IMG/VR virus record: IMGVR_UViG_3300033074_000711
Coordinates: 91,931-155,930 of that record
Strand: one strand, 5' to 3'
Source of the DNA: a virus
Taxonomy: Duplodnaviria; Caudoviricetes
Length of the DNA stretch: 64,000 nt
Position numbers and translations under genes: made by a program. Positions 8,849-19,812 of this stretch are shown piece by piece. Each line of letters starts with the position of its first letter. Position 1 is the first letter of the stretch. The notes under the pieces are model-generated. The model searched no databases. It worked only from the letters and a program-made list of their open reading frames with translations, and was not told where the DNA came from.

Positions 8849-9584
8849 TGTTTACTTTGATGAAAATACAGAAGCGGCTATAGATTTATATAACACTGCA
8901 ACAAGTTACGAAGAAAAGCAGTATATTTATGAAAGTGAAATAAAAGTGCCGCTTGAAAAATTAGCAAAAAATATAATAATGTCTTTTAGTTTTATGTATG
9001 TACCAGAAAATTATCAAACACAAAAAGATGATTTAATAAGTTATTTAATAAGTGAAGTTATACAAAATTGTAATTCTAGTAAAGGTAAATCGTTTTCATA
9101 TCTTTCGGTAAGTGCTAAAAATTATATGATAAATGAAAATAATTATAATTATAATAAACGTAAAGTTGAATTTAGCATTGATTGTAATAATGATAATGAT
9201 AATGACGATAAAAATATAAATGTTTTTGAAATACCAGATACATCTAAAAACTTAGAATATAGAGAAGATTTAAATTTATTTATTGATTTGTTGGTAAAAT
9301 GGTTGAAAAAAAATATAAATTTTATATTTAAAAGAAAAAGAAGTATTCAAGTTGCATATGCAATAATAAATATTATAGAAAATAGAAATATTTCAATGGA
9401 TACTTCCAATAAAAAAGAATTATATATTTTAATAAAAGAACAAGTTAAATGTTCATCTGTTGATATTAGTTTAGTTTTAAATATTTTTAGAAAAATTTAT
9501 ACTAAATTAGCAAAAGATTATGAACAATATGGTACATTAGATTTTAATAAGGTTTATTATAGGTATGGTCAATGGAAGGATTAA
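8826..9584 (+). CDS. phage RNA polymerase sigma factor (gp55-like, late)
   Basis: MPRKK..YFDENTEAAI..YN and region-2-like KGKSFSYLSVSAKNYMI; located ahead of structural block; start moved to ATG 8826. Confidence 0.55.
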   Translation: MPRKKTTNVYFDENTEAAIDLYNTATSYEEKQYIYESEIKVPLEKLAKNIIMSFSFMYVPENYQTQKDDLISYLISEVIQNCNSSKGKSFSYLSVSAKNYMINENNYNYNKRKVEFSIDCNNDNDNDDKNINVFEIPDTSKNLEYREDLNLFIDLLVKWLKKNINFIFKRKRSIQVAYAIINIIENRNISMDTSNKKELYILIKEQVKCSSVDISLVLNIFRKIYTKLAKDYEQYGTLDFNKVYYRYGQWKD

Positions 9585-9937
9585 ATTCTAATAAAATTTT
9601 AATTAATGATGAAACTTTAGCTGAAATTTTATCAAAAAGCTACAATAGTGCTTTATCAAAAGATGAGCAGTTAAAAAGAATAATAGAATTATTAACAGAA
9701 AAATTAAATAATGATGCTGAAAACTCTATAGCATTAGCACCATTATTAAGAGAGTTTATGGAATTATCGATAAAAAACGATGACCAATTAGTTAAAGTAG
9801 CATCAGTTTTACAAAGAACGTTAAATAGAACTTCTATTAAATCATTAAGTCAACCAACTAATAATATAGTTGCGTTATTTGGCGAAGAGGATAAAAAGAA
9901 AATTTTAGATAAAATAGGTAATAATTCTAATGTATAA
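9572..9937 (+). CDS. hypothetical helical protein
   Basis: APLLREFMELSIKNDDQLVKVA; operonic. Confidence 0.6.
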   Translation: MEGLNSNKILINDETLAEILSKSYNSALSKDEQLKRIIELLTEKLNNDAENSIALAPLLREFMELSIKNDDQLVKVASVLQRTLNRTSIKSLSQPTNNIVALFGEEDKKKILDKIGNNSNV

Positions 9938-10955
9938 TTTTAACGATGGTAATATTCCAAATTTAAATTCAAATTTTGAAAGTAATTTATCAAATTTAGA
10001 CCAACAAAATGGATTAAAATTATTTTTAGGTGAAGTTATTGATATCATAAATGATTCAGACCATCCAGATTATACTAATACAACCGATATTGGTAAAGTT
10101 AAATTTAGATTATTAACAGATTCTGGCAAAGGTTCTGATAATTTAAGTTTTGCTTTACCAATAAATAATTCTAATATAAATACACCAATTATTGGTGAAT
10201 TATTAGTTTTATTTCAAATATTTGATATTTATTATTTTATAGCAACATTAAATATTGATAACACACTAAATTCACAAGAATTAAAGGGAATTTCGGATAG
10301 TAAAACTGTTAAAAATAAAATAAAAAAAGAAAATATTAATAAAAATACAATTATTAAACAAAATCCTGGTGATAGCATATTAAGGGGTAGATATGGTAAT
10401 ACTATATTATTATCAGACTTAAATAAATCACCATATATTTTATTAGCATCTGATGATAATTTTGATTTAAGTAATCTAGATAATATTAACAATTGTATTT
10501 TAATAACAAAATCAGGTTTAATTTCTCAATTTAATAGTAGAATGAGAAATTCGCAATTGTATAACAAAGATGGTGCAATAAATTCTGATAAAAATATTAT
10601 ATTAATAAAAAATGATACATTAATAACAGAATCAACAAATTTTTTAAATAATTCAACAAATTATACACAAAATTCTGAAAAAACTATTATAAATACACCA
10701 TCTTATATTTTAAATTCTAATGAAACTAATATTAAATCTAAAAAAATCACACTCGGTAATTCCGCAAGTAATAGTGTTGTTCTTGGTGAAGAATTAAACC
10801 AAGTTTTAAATGATTTAATAGATGCTATTACAAAAATAACAGTCATGGTGCCGTCTGCACCAGGTAAAAGTTTACCACCAGTTAACATACCTGATTTCAT
10901 ACGCATAAAAGGTAGATTACAAAGAATATTGAGTAAAAGTGTTAAAACCGAATAA
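9930..10955 (+). CDS. baseplate central spike/hub (gp5/VgrG-like)
   Basis: OB-fold-like start (GEVIDI...GKVKFR..P.IGE), PGDSILRGRYGNTI, beta-repeat, VVLGEELNQVL tip; adjacent to gp25 and gp6. Confidence 0.6.
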   Translation: MYNFNDGNIPNLNSNFESNLSNLDQQNGLKLFLGEVIDIINDSDHPDYTNTTDIGKVKFRLLTDSGKGSDNLSFALPINNSNINTPIIGELLVLFQIFDIYYFIATLNIDNTLNSQELKGISDSKTVKNKIKKENINKNTIIKQNPGDSILRGRYGNTILLSDLNKSPYILLASDDNFDLSNLDNINNCILITKSGLISQFNSRMRNSQLYNKDGAINSDKNIILIKNDTLITESTNFLNNSTNYTQNSEKTIINTPSYILNSNETNIKSKKITLGNSASNSVVLGEELNQVLNDLIDAITKITVMVPSAPGKSLPPVNIPDFIRIKGRLQRILSKSVKTE

Positions 10956-11002
10956 TTTTTTTTCTAAATTTATATTTATAAATATTATAGGATATAGTAA
11001 AA

Positions 11003-11353
11003 ATGGATGTTAAAAATTTTATAAAAACATTAACGAAATTAATTGACCAAAGAGTTGAAGCTAAAGTTAAAGTTTTAGTTGAATCTCAGGTTAAGCAAAT
11101 TTTAGAGCAATTTAAAAAAAGCAGTAATGGTAAAAATAATATTAACTTTGATGAGATTATATCAGAAGCTAAAAAAGTTTTACCTGATGTTAGACAAGAA
11201 GAGGTTAAACAAAAAGTTAAGCAATATAATTTGCAAACAACACAAACTAGCATTGAAGATTTTGATACAACACAATCTGTTAGAGATTTAAAAAATGTAC
11301 CAGATAGAATTAAGCAAGCATTTAATAGAGATTATAGTAATGAACAATTTTAA
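11003..11353 (+). CDS. hypothetical virion-associated protein
   Basis: Late motif at 10971; C-terminal AFNRDYS. Confidence 0.55.
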   Translation: MDVKNFIKTLTKLIDQRVEAKVKVLVESQVKQILEQFKKSSNGKNNINFDEIISEAKKVLPDVRQEEVKQKVKQYNLQTTQTSIEDFDTTQSVRDLKNVPDRIKQAFNRDYSNEQF

Positions 11354-11355
11354 CA

Positions 11356-11727
11356 ATGATATCAATTAGCACAAAATATCCATTACAACAAGATAGTACT
11401 AATATTTTTGCAATGAATTATACTAATTTTGATGCGATTGAATCAAGAATTCGTTTATTATTTGATACATTTGAGGGTGAAAGACCATTTAATGTTTCAT
11501 ATGGAATTAATTTAAAACAATATTTATTTGAACCAAATAATAAACAATTATATAATAAAATAGAATCAGAGATTTATGATAAATTTAAAATATTCACTGA
11601 TATTTCGTTAACAAATGTGTTAATAGAACCAATAAATGATAATGAAATAAATATAAAAATATCTTATATTATAAACAAATCTAAGGATATAAAAACAATT
11701 AATATACAAAAAACTCTGGGATTATAA
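11356..11727 (+). CDS. baseplate wedge gp25-like protein
   Basis: IRLLFDTFEGERPFNVSYGINLKQYLFEP (T..GER.F.P.FG..L...LFE motif). Confidence 0.8.
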   Translation: MISISTKYPLQQDSTNIFAMNYTNFDAIESRIRLLFDTFEGERPFNVSYGINLKQYLFEPNNKQLYNKIESEIYDKFKIFTDISLTNVLIEPINDNEINIKISYIINKSKDIKTINIQKTLGL

Positions 11728-13571
11728 TGGGTGAAATAAAATCTATAAATTATACTAATAAAGATTTTTCTCAAATAAAAGAATCTTTAAAAACATTAAT
11801 AAAATCATATTACCCAGACAAATATAATGATTTTAATGATTCTTCTGTTGAAATGATGTATATTGATACTTTGGCTTATATCGGTAATATTTTATCATTT
11901 TATCAAGATAAAACATTAAATGAGAGTATTTTAACATTTGCAACAAATCCGATAAACATATTAAATATAGCACAAAGTAATTATGGTTATAAACCAATTT
12001 TAGCTTCTTCTGCTATAGTTGATGTTGATATTTATCAATTATTACCAGCAGTTCAAGAAACACCTGGTGGTGAATATATACCTAATTATAAATATGCATT
12101 AAAAATGAGTGATGTTCAAGTTAAAGCTGAATCTAATAATACCATTTTTAATATTAATGATGTTGTTGATTTTTCAGAATCTGGTTCTATACAAAATACA
12201 ATTGATATATACGAAACTGATAATTCTGGGTTACCGACATATTTTTTAGCAAAGAAAACATATAAAGCATATTCAGGAGAAACTAAAGAATATTCTTACA
12301 CAGTTTCTGAATTAATAAAATATTTAAATATAACAGTGCCAGATGATAATATAATAAAAATATTAGATATAACAGATAGTGATGGTAATATTTGGTATGA
12401 AGTTAATAATTTAGCAAATGATTTAGTTGAAACTAAAATACCAACATCAACATATCAAGAATTTTCAGGTTTACAACATAATACACCTTTTATTTTAGAA
12501 TATTCTAAAGTATCTAAGAGATTTATAACTAAAATAAATTCAAATGGTAATATAATAATACAGTTTGGCGCTGGAATTTCAGATTATTCAGATGAGTTAA
12601 TAATACCGAATCAAAATACATTATATTATGATTATTTTAATGAACCTGTTGACCCTAAAAATTTTGTTACAACAAGAACATATGGTGAAGTTCCACAACC
12701 AGGTGTGACATTAACTATTAGGTACTTAAAATCAAATGGTGTTGTTAGTAATGTAAAATCAAACGATATTAATAAAATTTCAAATTATAACTTAATAAAT
12801 GATATTAGAACATTTAGTGAGAGTGAAGTAAATTTATTTAATTTTATTACTACAACATTAGCTTGCAATAATGAATTACCAGCAGTTGGAGCCAAAGATA
12901 TTGAAACATATGAACAAATAAAAATAAATGCACCAGCATATTTTAGTTCTCAAGATAGATGTGTAACTATACCTGATTATAATATTAGGGTTTTGACAAT
13001 GAATCCTATATATGGTTCTGTTGCAAAATCTTTTACTACAAATAGTAATTTGGTAAATAATGAATTTAATAATCAAAGTCTAGATATTTATTGTCTTGGA
13101 TATGATTATGCTAAACACTTAATAAAGCTAAATGAAGCTGTTAAGTATAATATAAAAAATTACTTATCTAATTATAAAATGGCTAATGATGTAATCTATA
13201 TTAAAGATGCGTATATTATAAATATTATTGTAGAATTTGATATAATATGTTATGATACGGTTCAAAATAAAAATGAAGTTATTTTAAATTGTGTAAAACA
13301 GTTAAAAGATTATTTTAATATAGATAACTGGCAAATAGGTCAACCAATAATTTTAAATGAAATTAAACAAATGTTAGATAAAGTTAGTGGAGTTAGAACT
13401 GTTGAAAATGTTATCGTAAAAAATATTTTTGATAACTCCAATGAAACTTATTCTGATATTTATTATGATATTGAAGCCGCAACAAAAAATGGAGTTATTT
13501 ATACAGCAGTAGACCTAAGTATTTTTGAGGTTAAATATCCAGATGTAAATATATACGGGAGAGCAAAATAA
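11727..13571 (+). CDS. baseplate wedge gp6-like protein
   Basis: YTNKDFSQIK..L, DFNDSS, LSFYQD, IQFGAG, QDRCVT..DY. Confidence 0.85.
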   Translation: MGEIKSINYTNKDFSQIKESLKTLIKSYYPDKYNDFNDSSVEMMYIDTLAYIGNILSFYQDKTLNESILTFATNPINILNIAQSNYGYKPILASSAIVDVDIYQLLPAVQETPGGEYIPNYKYALKMSDVQVKAESNNTIFNINDVVDFSESGSIQNTIDIYETDNSGLPTYFLAKKTYKAYSGETKEYSYTVSELIKYLNITVPDDNIIKILDITDSDGNIWYEVNNLANDLVETKIPTSTYQEFSGLQHNTPFILEYSKVSKRFITKINSNGNIIIQFGAGISDYSDELIIPNQNTLYYDYFNEPVDPKNFVTTRTYGEVPQPGVTLTIRYLKSNGVVSNVKSNDINKISNYNLINDIRTFSESEVNLFNFITTTLACNNELPAVGAKDIETYEQIKINAPAYFSSQDRCVTIPDYNIRVLTMNPIYGSVAKSFTTNSNLVNNEFNNQSLDIYCLGYDYAKHLIKLNEAVKYNIKNYLSNYKMANDVIYIKDAYIINIIVEFDIICYDTVQNKNEVILNCVKQLKDYFNIDNWQIGQPIILNEIKQMLDKVSGVRTVENVIVKNIFDNSNETYSDIYYDIEAATKNGVIYTAVDLSIFEVKYPDVNIYGRAK

Positions 13572-14740
13572 TGCACGTATTTATAAAACCGAGTTTAGAT
13601 TCAGCAATATATAGCGATAATAAATATCAAAATACCAGTAATGACCAAATTTTAGAATTAGTTAAAACCAAAAATACATATTATACATCATCTAATGATT
13701 TATTTGTTTCTAGAATATTAACATATTTTGACTTAAATCAAATATCGAATGTAATTAGTACATATAATATACCAGTACCATCTACATCTAGTATAATAAA
13801 TTCTACCGAATCTAACTTTATTTTTAAAATGTATGTTGCAAATTCTGATAACTTAATAAGAAATAAAAATATATTAGCATTATATCCAATTAGCTCTAGC
13901 TGGAGTCAGAGTTTTGGTACACGTTCTGATTTGGAAATTGTGTCTGATGGTGTTAGTTGGTATAGTTCGTCAAATTCATCTTGGAATTTGGCTGGTGGTG
14001 ATTATATAAATGACCCATTATTTGAATGCAATTCCATATTAGATACTAACACAGATGAAATAACAGATTTATCAGCAAATGTTAATAAAATTATTTACGG
14101 TTGGTATTATGATATTTTAGATTTGCAAAATCATCCATATTCATTTTTGTATGATTTAAATTTTGGTAGTAATTATTATGATTTAAATAGCGAGTCACTG
14201 AAAATAAATAATTATGGGTTTATAATAAAAAGAACCGAAACTCAAGAAAATGATGATATTGACTATGGTTATGTAAATTTTTATAGCATAAAAACTAATA
14301 CAATTTATTCACCAATATTAGATATAAGCTGGGATGATTCAGTTTATAATTTCAATAGCTCTTCAGTGCAATTATATACTGGCTGGTATCCATATGCATA
14401 TATTAGAAGAGTTAAAAATAAATATAAATTAAATGAAACCGCTGAATTTATTTGTAAAATTAGAGATGAAGTTTATGATGGTTCATTACCAACAACAGGT
14501 TCAAAAGAATATGTGTTAGATGAAGAAAGTTATTATTCTATTATAGATTTAGACACTGGCGATGAAGTTATACCGTTTAATAATCATAGTAAAATAAGTT
14601 TAAGCGGTAGTTTAAATTATTTTAAAATAAATTTTGAAAACTTTAATACTAATAGATTATATAAAATTTTATTAAAAACAAAAGTAAAAAATTCTTATGT
14701 AATTTTTGATAACGAACACAAATTTATTGTAGAAGAATAA
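13571..14740 (+). CDS. virion structural protein
   Basis: SRILTYFDL, GVSW...W..AGGDY, TIYSPILDISWDD; in baseplate operon. Confidence 0.6.
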   Translation: MHVFIKPSLDSAIYSDNKYQNTSNDQILELVKTKNTYYTSSNDLFVSRILTYFDLNQISNVISTYNIPVPSTSSIINSTESNFIFKMYVANSDNLIRNKNILALYPISSSWSQSFGTRSDLEIVSDGVSWYSSSNSSWNLAGGDYINDPLFECNSILDTNTDEITDLSANVNKIIYGWYYDILDLQNHPYSFLYDLNFGSNYYDLNSESLKINNYGFIIKRTETQENDDIDYGYVNFYSIKTNTIYSPILDISWDDSVYNFNSSSVQLYTGWYPYAYIRRVKNKYKLNETAEFICKIRDEVYDGSLPTTGSKEYVLDEESYYSIIDLDTGDEVIPFNNHSKISLSGSLNYFKINFENFNTNRLYKILLKTKVKNSYVIFDNEHKFIVEE

Positions 14741-15867
14741 TGAATTTACCAATTAGCAGGTCTTTTAGTAATGATATTTTGTCAGTGCAGTATAGTGATA
14801 TAACTTCTAGTAATTTTGCATTAATTCAAAATATTGTAACAAAATATGATGATAGTAATGTAGATGATATTATTGATAGAAATTTTACTGAAATTATATC
14901 AGAAGATATAACAAATAAAATTTTAGTTGATAGTGATGCATATGATAAATTATTATCAGACATGTTAAATTATTCTTCTAGTTTAGCTTATTATAGTGCC
15001 GCATTTTCTGCTGAATTATATTTCAAAGAATTAGAAAGAACTAATTTTTATAATATAGTAACATCAAGCTTTAATGCATCATTAACTGCAGTAAACGAAT
15101 TAGTTAATGTTAAATATTTTAATCCGAATAATAATCCAGATGCAACAGTACCGATAGAAGTTATAAAATCAGATTTAAATACAATAAAAGATTTAATATC
15201 AATACCTGTTATAGCACCATTTGATTTATATTCTGGTTCAACTGCATTTGAAAATGAACCAATACAATTATACAAATATGATGTTGACAAAGGTCTTATA
15301 AGTGGTAGTTTATATAAGGAGTTAGTATATAGAAAAATAGATGAATATGAATATACACAAGAAACAATAAAAAATATTTATGAAGATTATAACACACAAA
15401 TATTAAATTTAAATTCTCTAATAACACAATCTATAAACTTACAAGATGAAAATAACTCATTAAAATTAAGAATTTATCAGTTAGAAAATGTTATTGGACC
15501 CCCTATAAAAACAGTTGAAGATTTAATTGATAAAATTTATGAATTAAATAATATAACTGGTTCATTAAATTCAGAAATATCAGCTAGTAAGAAATATCAA
15601 GATGAATTATTTAATTATTTAAAAGGATATATAGAAGAAAATCAAAATTTAAAAAATGAATTAGTTTTTTATAAAAATGAATATGTGGATATATGGGGAT
15701 TAAATAATACTGGATATGGTGGTTTTATGTACTCGTATTATGTTAATACAAAACCTATAAATTATTATTATAAGTTATATAAAATGGGTCAAAGTGGTAG
15801 TAATGTTAATCCACCTAATAGTGTTATCAATAATTTTTTAGCGAGTCAAAATAATGCTCAAATATGA
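14740..15867 (+). CDS. virion structural protein with coiled coil
   Basis: Operon context, heptad segments. Confidence 0.5.
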   Translation: MNLPISRSFSNDILSVQYSDITSSNFALIQNIVTKYDDSNVDDIIDRNFTEIISEDITNKILVDSDAYDKLLSDMLNYSSSLAYYSAAFSAELYFKELERTNFYNIVTSSFNASLTAVNELVNVKYFNPNNNPDATVPIEVIKSDLNTIKDLISIPVIAPFDLYSGSTAFENEPIQLYKYDVDKGLISGSLYKELVYRKIDEYEYTQETIKNIYEDYNTQILNLNSLITQSINLQDENNSLKLRIYQLENVIGPPIKTVEDLIDKIYELNNITGSLNSEISASKKYQDELFNYLKGYIEENQNLKNELVFYKNEYVDIWGLNNTGYGGFMYSYYVNTKPINYYYKLYKMGQSGSNVNPPNSVINNFLASQNNAQI

Positions 15868-17317
15868 TGATGAAAAATTATTAACTTTAGTAAAAACTAA
15901 CACACAAATAACACACCAAGATTTTATTGGTACTGCAAGTGGTGGTATTTTTTTAAAAATAAAAATAACAGATTTTGAAAATAACACTATTTCTATATTA
16001 TATGAAAATGTTAAACAATTAACTCTTGATAGTAAAATTGTTTTTGAATCACAAAACATTTATGTTGATTTTGGCTATATTTTTAGAAAAAATGGATTTT
16101 TTGAAGGTAGATATAACTTTATAAGTGAATTTATAGTTTTAATTTATGGTTCACCATTATATAATGACTTATATATAAATAAAATATTTCAATCAAAAAA
16201 AGAAATAATAATAGCTACAAAAGATATTAATAATGATTTAATACATACTAGAGATGTTTCTGGAAATTTAGTAAATTTTTTAAATAGTTCTGTTATACAA
16301 TTAATGAAAAGTTTAGTTGTTTATTTAAATTTTGGTTATGATAAAGTAACATTAGCCGTTAATGCTATAGAGATTGAAAATAATTTACATAAACTTGGTT
16401 TGAAATTATATGAAGAAATAGATGCTAAGGAAAAAGATTTTGTTTTTATGTATTACACATTGTTTACACCTTATTTAGATTCTATATACATTTATACAGA
16501 AAATCCAGAAGAAAGTATTAATCAATTAAAAACAGGTATTACACCTGATATACCAAAAGAAATTAAAACACAAAAGTATAATTTTATACAGTTGTTACAA
16601 TATAGTAGTGATAACGAAAAATTTAAAATACGCTCTTATTATAATAATTTACAAAATAATGATTTATCAATAGATTATTCTGATTATAGTAATTTTATAA
16701 AATTTAGCAGTGCCAGTGATAGAATAAACATTTTTAAAAATAAAGTACAAACATTAGAATCATATTTTAATGCTATTAATGTGTTAAATTCATCATCATT
16801 TAAAAGTTTATATTATTCACAATCATTATCTAAATATAATGATAAAATAAACGAAATTTTTGATAATTTTGATGGATATGAATATTTTTTATATTTTGAT
16901 ACAGATGTAACTCAATATTTATCTGGTAGTTTATATCCAAGCACAACTGCTCCAAAAAATTCTAATGTTATATATCCAACAACATCATCTCAGTTTATAA
17001 ATTGGTTTCAATCACAATCAAATGTTGCTACATTATATGATAGTAATAATTTTGATAGACTGACAAACATAATTCCATCAGATGCATATGATAACTCATA
17101 TAATTCTGATTATGTAAAAATTATAAAATTAGTTGGTCATTATACAGATAATTTATATTTATATATAAATGGTTCTGAAAAACTATTCGATTTAAATAAT
17201 GATGTTGATAAAGGATTACCAAAAATATTAATACCACATATATTAAATAGCAAAGGACTTAACTTTAAAAGTGAATATACTATAACAAATTTACCAGAGT
17301 ATTTTTCTAATGAATAA
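15854..17317 (+). CDS. virion structural (baseplate/tail) protein
   Basis: DYSDYSNFIKFSSA.DRI..F..K, FDGYEYFLY, LVGHYTD. Confidence 0.6.
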   Translation: MLKYDDEKLLTLVKTNTQITHQDFIGTASGGIFLKIKITDFENNTISILYENVKQLTLDSKIVFESQNIYVDFGYIFRKNGFFEGRYNFISEFIVLIYGSPLYNDLYINKIFQSKKEIIIATKDINNDLIHTRDVSGNLVNFLNSSVIQLMKSLVVYLNFGYDKVTLAVNAIEIENNLHKLGLKLYEEIDAKEKDFVFMYYTLFTPYLDSIYIYTENPEESINQLKTGITPDIPKEIKTQKYNFIQLLQYSSDNEKFKIRSYYNNLQNNDLSIDYSDYSNFIKFSSASDRINIFKNKVQTLESYFNAINVLNSSSFKSLYYSQSLSKYNDKINEIFDNFDGYEYFLYFDTDVTQYLSGSLYPSTTAPKNSNVIYPTTSSQFINWFQSQSNVATLYDSNNFDRLTNIIPSDAYDNSYNSDYVKIIKLVGHYTDNLYLYINGSEKLFDLNNDVDKGLPKILIPHILNSKGLNFKSEYTITNLPEYFSNE

Positions 17318-19157
17318 TCTAAAAAATCTAAATTTAGAAATAAATAAAAGAATAATAAATAATTTAATTTATTTATATAAATCTAAGGGAACTGAAAAAT
17401 GTATTAGGCAGTTTTTTAATTGTTATGGCATACCACAAAGTTTAATGCAGTTTTATAATTATGGTGAATTTTCGTATAAAAATGATTCATATTCGGAAGT
17501 AAATACACCATATATTAAAAAGGAAAATTTCAATTATGTTTTAAATTTTAATGGTTCTGAAAATATTAGAATACCTAAATTAAACTGCAAAACTATAGAG
17601 ATAAGTTTTAAAATAACTGAAAATATTAATACATATTTAGCAACTAAAAAATTATTTCAAACAGAATTAGGTACATATGTATCATTAACTCACACATATA
17701 ATGAATTTGGCACTGTAACATTTTTTTTAGATACAGATGATACTTATACTACAGATGAAATTCCAATTTTTAACGGAAATTTAACAACAATTTCACTACA
17801 GTATGTTGATAATTCTAATTATTTAGCGTCAGTTACACAACATATAAACAATAGAAAGGTTATAGATATTTATCACACTATAACAGATGCTGGCTCCTAT
17901 TCAGATTGGTTTGATTCTTACTTAGATTTAGGTTATAGCAATTTTTATGGCATGATTAATGAATTTAGATTATGGGATATTAATTTAAGTAGGTCTATTT
18001 TATATATACATTCAAAATATCCTGAATCTTTAATTGGTGATAATTACTTATCATTTTATGATAATCTATTATTTTTATTAACTTTTTCTATACCAAAAAA
18101 TTTATCTATAAATACAACATTATATAACGAATCAAATAATGCTTTGTACTCATCAGAGTATGCTGTTGCCAGTGGCTTTAGTTCTGTGGTTAACTTTCCT
18201 TATAATTTTTCATATTTAAATTATTATTCATATATTGAAAATATAAATGATAAATTAAATATAAATAATAATAAAATATTTATACCAACACAGACTCTTA
18301 AAACCATTAATAATCAAAAAGTTTTAAAGCACAATGAAACTATGGAAAACATAGATATAATGTATAATAGTAGTAATATATATTATATGTTAATTTCACC
18401 TATTCAATTAATGAATGATATTATTATAAAAAGAATCCCAACGGATAATTTTATTGAATTATATGGTGACCCAAGAGATACTTATAAAGAAACATTTGAA
18501 ACATTAAATAGTCTCAGAGTAAATTTTTATAAATATTATCAAAATATTATAAAATTTAACGATTTTATTAGAAATTTAAAATATTTTAACTTTTCAATTT
18601 TTGAAAATATTAAACAATTTTTACCATCAACTATTGATTTGAAAACTGGATTTTTAATTGAAAATACAATGTTAGAATCAAATAAAGTAAAACATATTAA
18701 ACCAACATTAATAAATAAATCTAAAAATGAAGTTATTATTCATACTAAACCGTTTGTTAAAAATTTATCAAAATTTGAAAAAAATGAAAAAAATATAAAA
18801 ATTTTAGAAAAATTTAATATTTATACATATATGGAAAATATTAAAGGTTCACTAAAAAGCTTAACTAAAAATTCAGTTTATGGTAAAACATTTAGCATAA
18901 TAAAACCAAGAATAGATTTTTATACTAATAGTTATTTACAAAATAACATAAATATTGCACCAAATCAAGAAATTGAAGATAATCTAGATAAAAAATATAA
19001 AATATATAGAACAGCAGAAAAAAGAATAAAATACTTAGGTTGTAAAAATACTATAGATACAACTATTGATAAAAAACAACCTGTGTCAATATTCATAAAT
19101 GATTCGAACATAATTGTATCTTATAAAGATGAAAAAAGTCAATTACAAGTAAAATAG
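17310..19157 (+). CDS. baseplate/tail protein with LamG-like domain
   Basis: LYKSKGTEKCIR....YGIP wedge-type motif; FYGMINEFRLW. Confidence 0.6.
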   Translation: MNNLKNLNLEINKRIINNLIYLYKSKGTEKCIRQFFNCYGIPQSLMQFYNYGEFSYKNDSYSEVNTPYIKKENFNYVLNFNGSENIRIPKLNCKTIEISFKITENINTYLATKKLFQTELGTYVSLTHTYNEFGTVTFFLDTDDTYTTDEIPIFNGNLTTISLQYVDNSNYLASVTQHINNRKVIDIYHTITDAGSYSDWFDSYLDLGYSNFYGMINEFRLWDINLSRSILYIHSKYPESLIGDNYLSFYDNLLFLLTFSIPKNLSINTTLYNESNNALYSSEYAVASGFSSVVNFPYNFSYLNYYSYIENINDKLNINNNKIFIPTQTLKTINNQKVLKHNETMENIDIMYNSSNIYYMLISPIQLMNDIIIKRIPTDNFIELYGDPRDTYKETFETLNSLRVNFYKYYQNIIKFNDFIRNLKYFNFSIFENIKQFLPSTIDLKTGFLIENTMLESNKVKHIKPTLINKSKNEVIIHTKPFVKNLSKFEKNEKNIKILEKFNIYTYMENIKGSLKSLTKNSVYGKTFSIIKPRIDFYTNSYLQNNINIAPNQEIEDNLDKKYKIYRTAEKRIKYLGCKNTIDTTIDKKQPVSIFINDSNIIVSYKDEKSQLQVK

Positions 19158-19168
19158 GAAAATAAAAA

Positions 19169-19801
19169 ATGAGTTTTTTAGACAATACAAACATAACAGT
19201 TGACGCTGTTTTAACTTCTGCTGGTAGAGAAGCTTTAGCTAAAGGTCAACTAAATATTACAAAATTTGCATTAGGTGATGATGAAGTTGATTATAGATTA
19301 TATAATTTTGCACACCCAAGTGGTAGTGATTATTATGGTGAAGCAATAGAACATATGCCAGTATTAGAAGCATTGCCAGATGGTGTTAGAATGTTAAAAA
19401 GTAAATTAGTAACTTTTCCAAAAGGAACTACAAAATTACCCTTATTAACAGTTGGTGGTTATCCAAATAATCAAGTAAATTTAATAACAGGTGAAACCGT
19501 AACATTAACACCGCAATTATTTAATTCATCTGACGATAGTTTGGGTTATACAGCTACACTACAAAATACTCAATATTTTTCAATAGAGGGTATTAATGCA
19601 GTTAATACGAATACAAGAGCACCTGAGTCTTCTGTTGGTTTAACTGGTACGGTAACAATAGGTTCATTTAAACAAATTAAATTAAATGCTTTAATCTTAC
19701 CGCAAACTATAGCATCAACAGAAGGTACATTAACAATTACCAGCAACAACACAGGTAATTCGGTAACATTAAAAATAACAAATACAAATAATGCATTATA
19801 A
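19169..19801 (+). CDS. virion structural protein
   Basis: VDAVLTSAGREALAKG..ITKFALGDDEVDY (fibre-attachment-type N-domain). Confidence 0.65.
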   Translation: MSFLDNTNITVDAVLTSAGREALAKGQLNITKFALGDDEVDYRLYNFAHPSGSDYYGEAIEHMPVLEALPDGVRMLKSKLVTFPKGTTKLPLLTVGGYPNNQVNLITGETVTLTPQLFNSSDDSLGYTATLQNTQYFSIEGINAVNTNTRAPESSVGLTGTVTIGSFKQIKLNALILPQTIASTEGTLTITSNNTGNSVTLKITNTNNAL

Positions 19802-19812
19802 GAGGAATAAAA

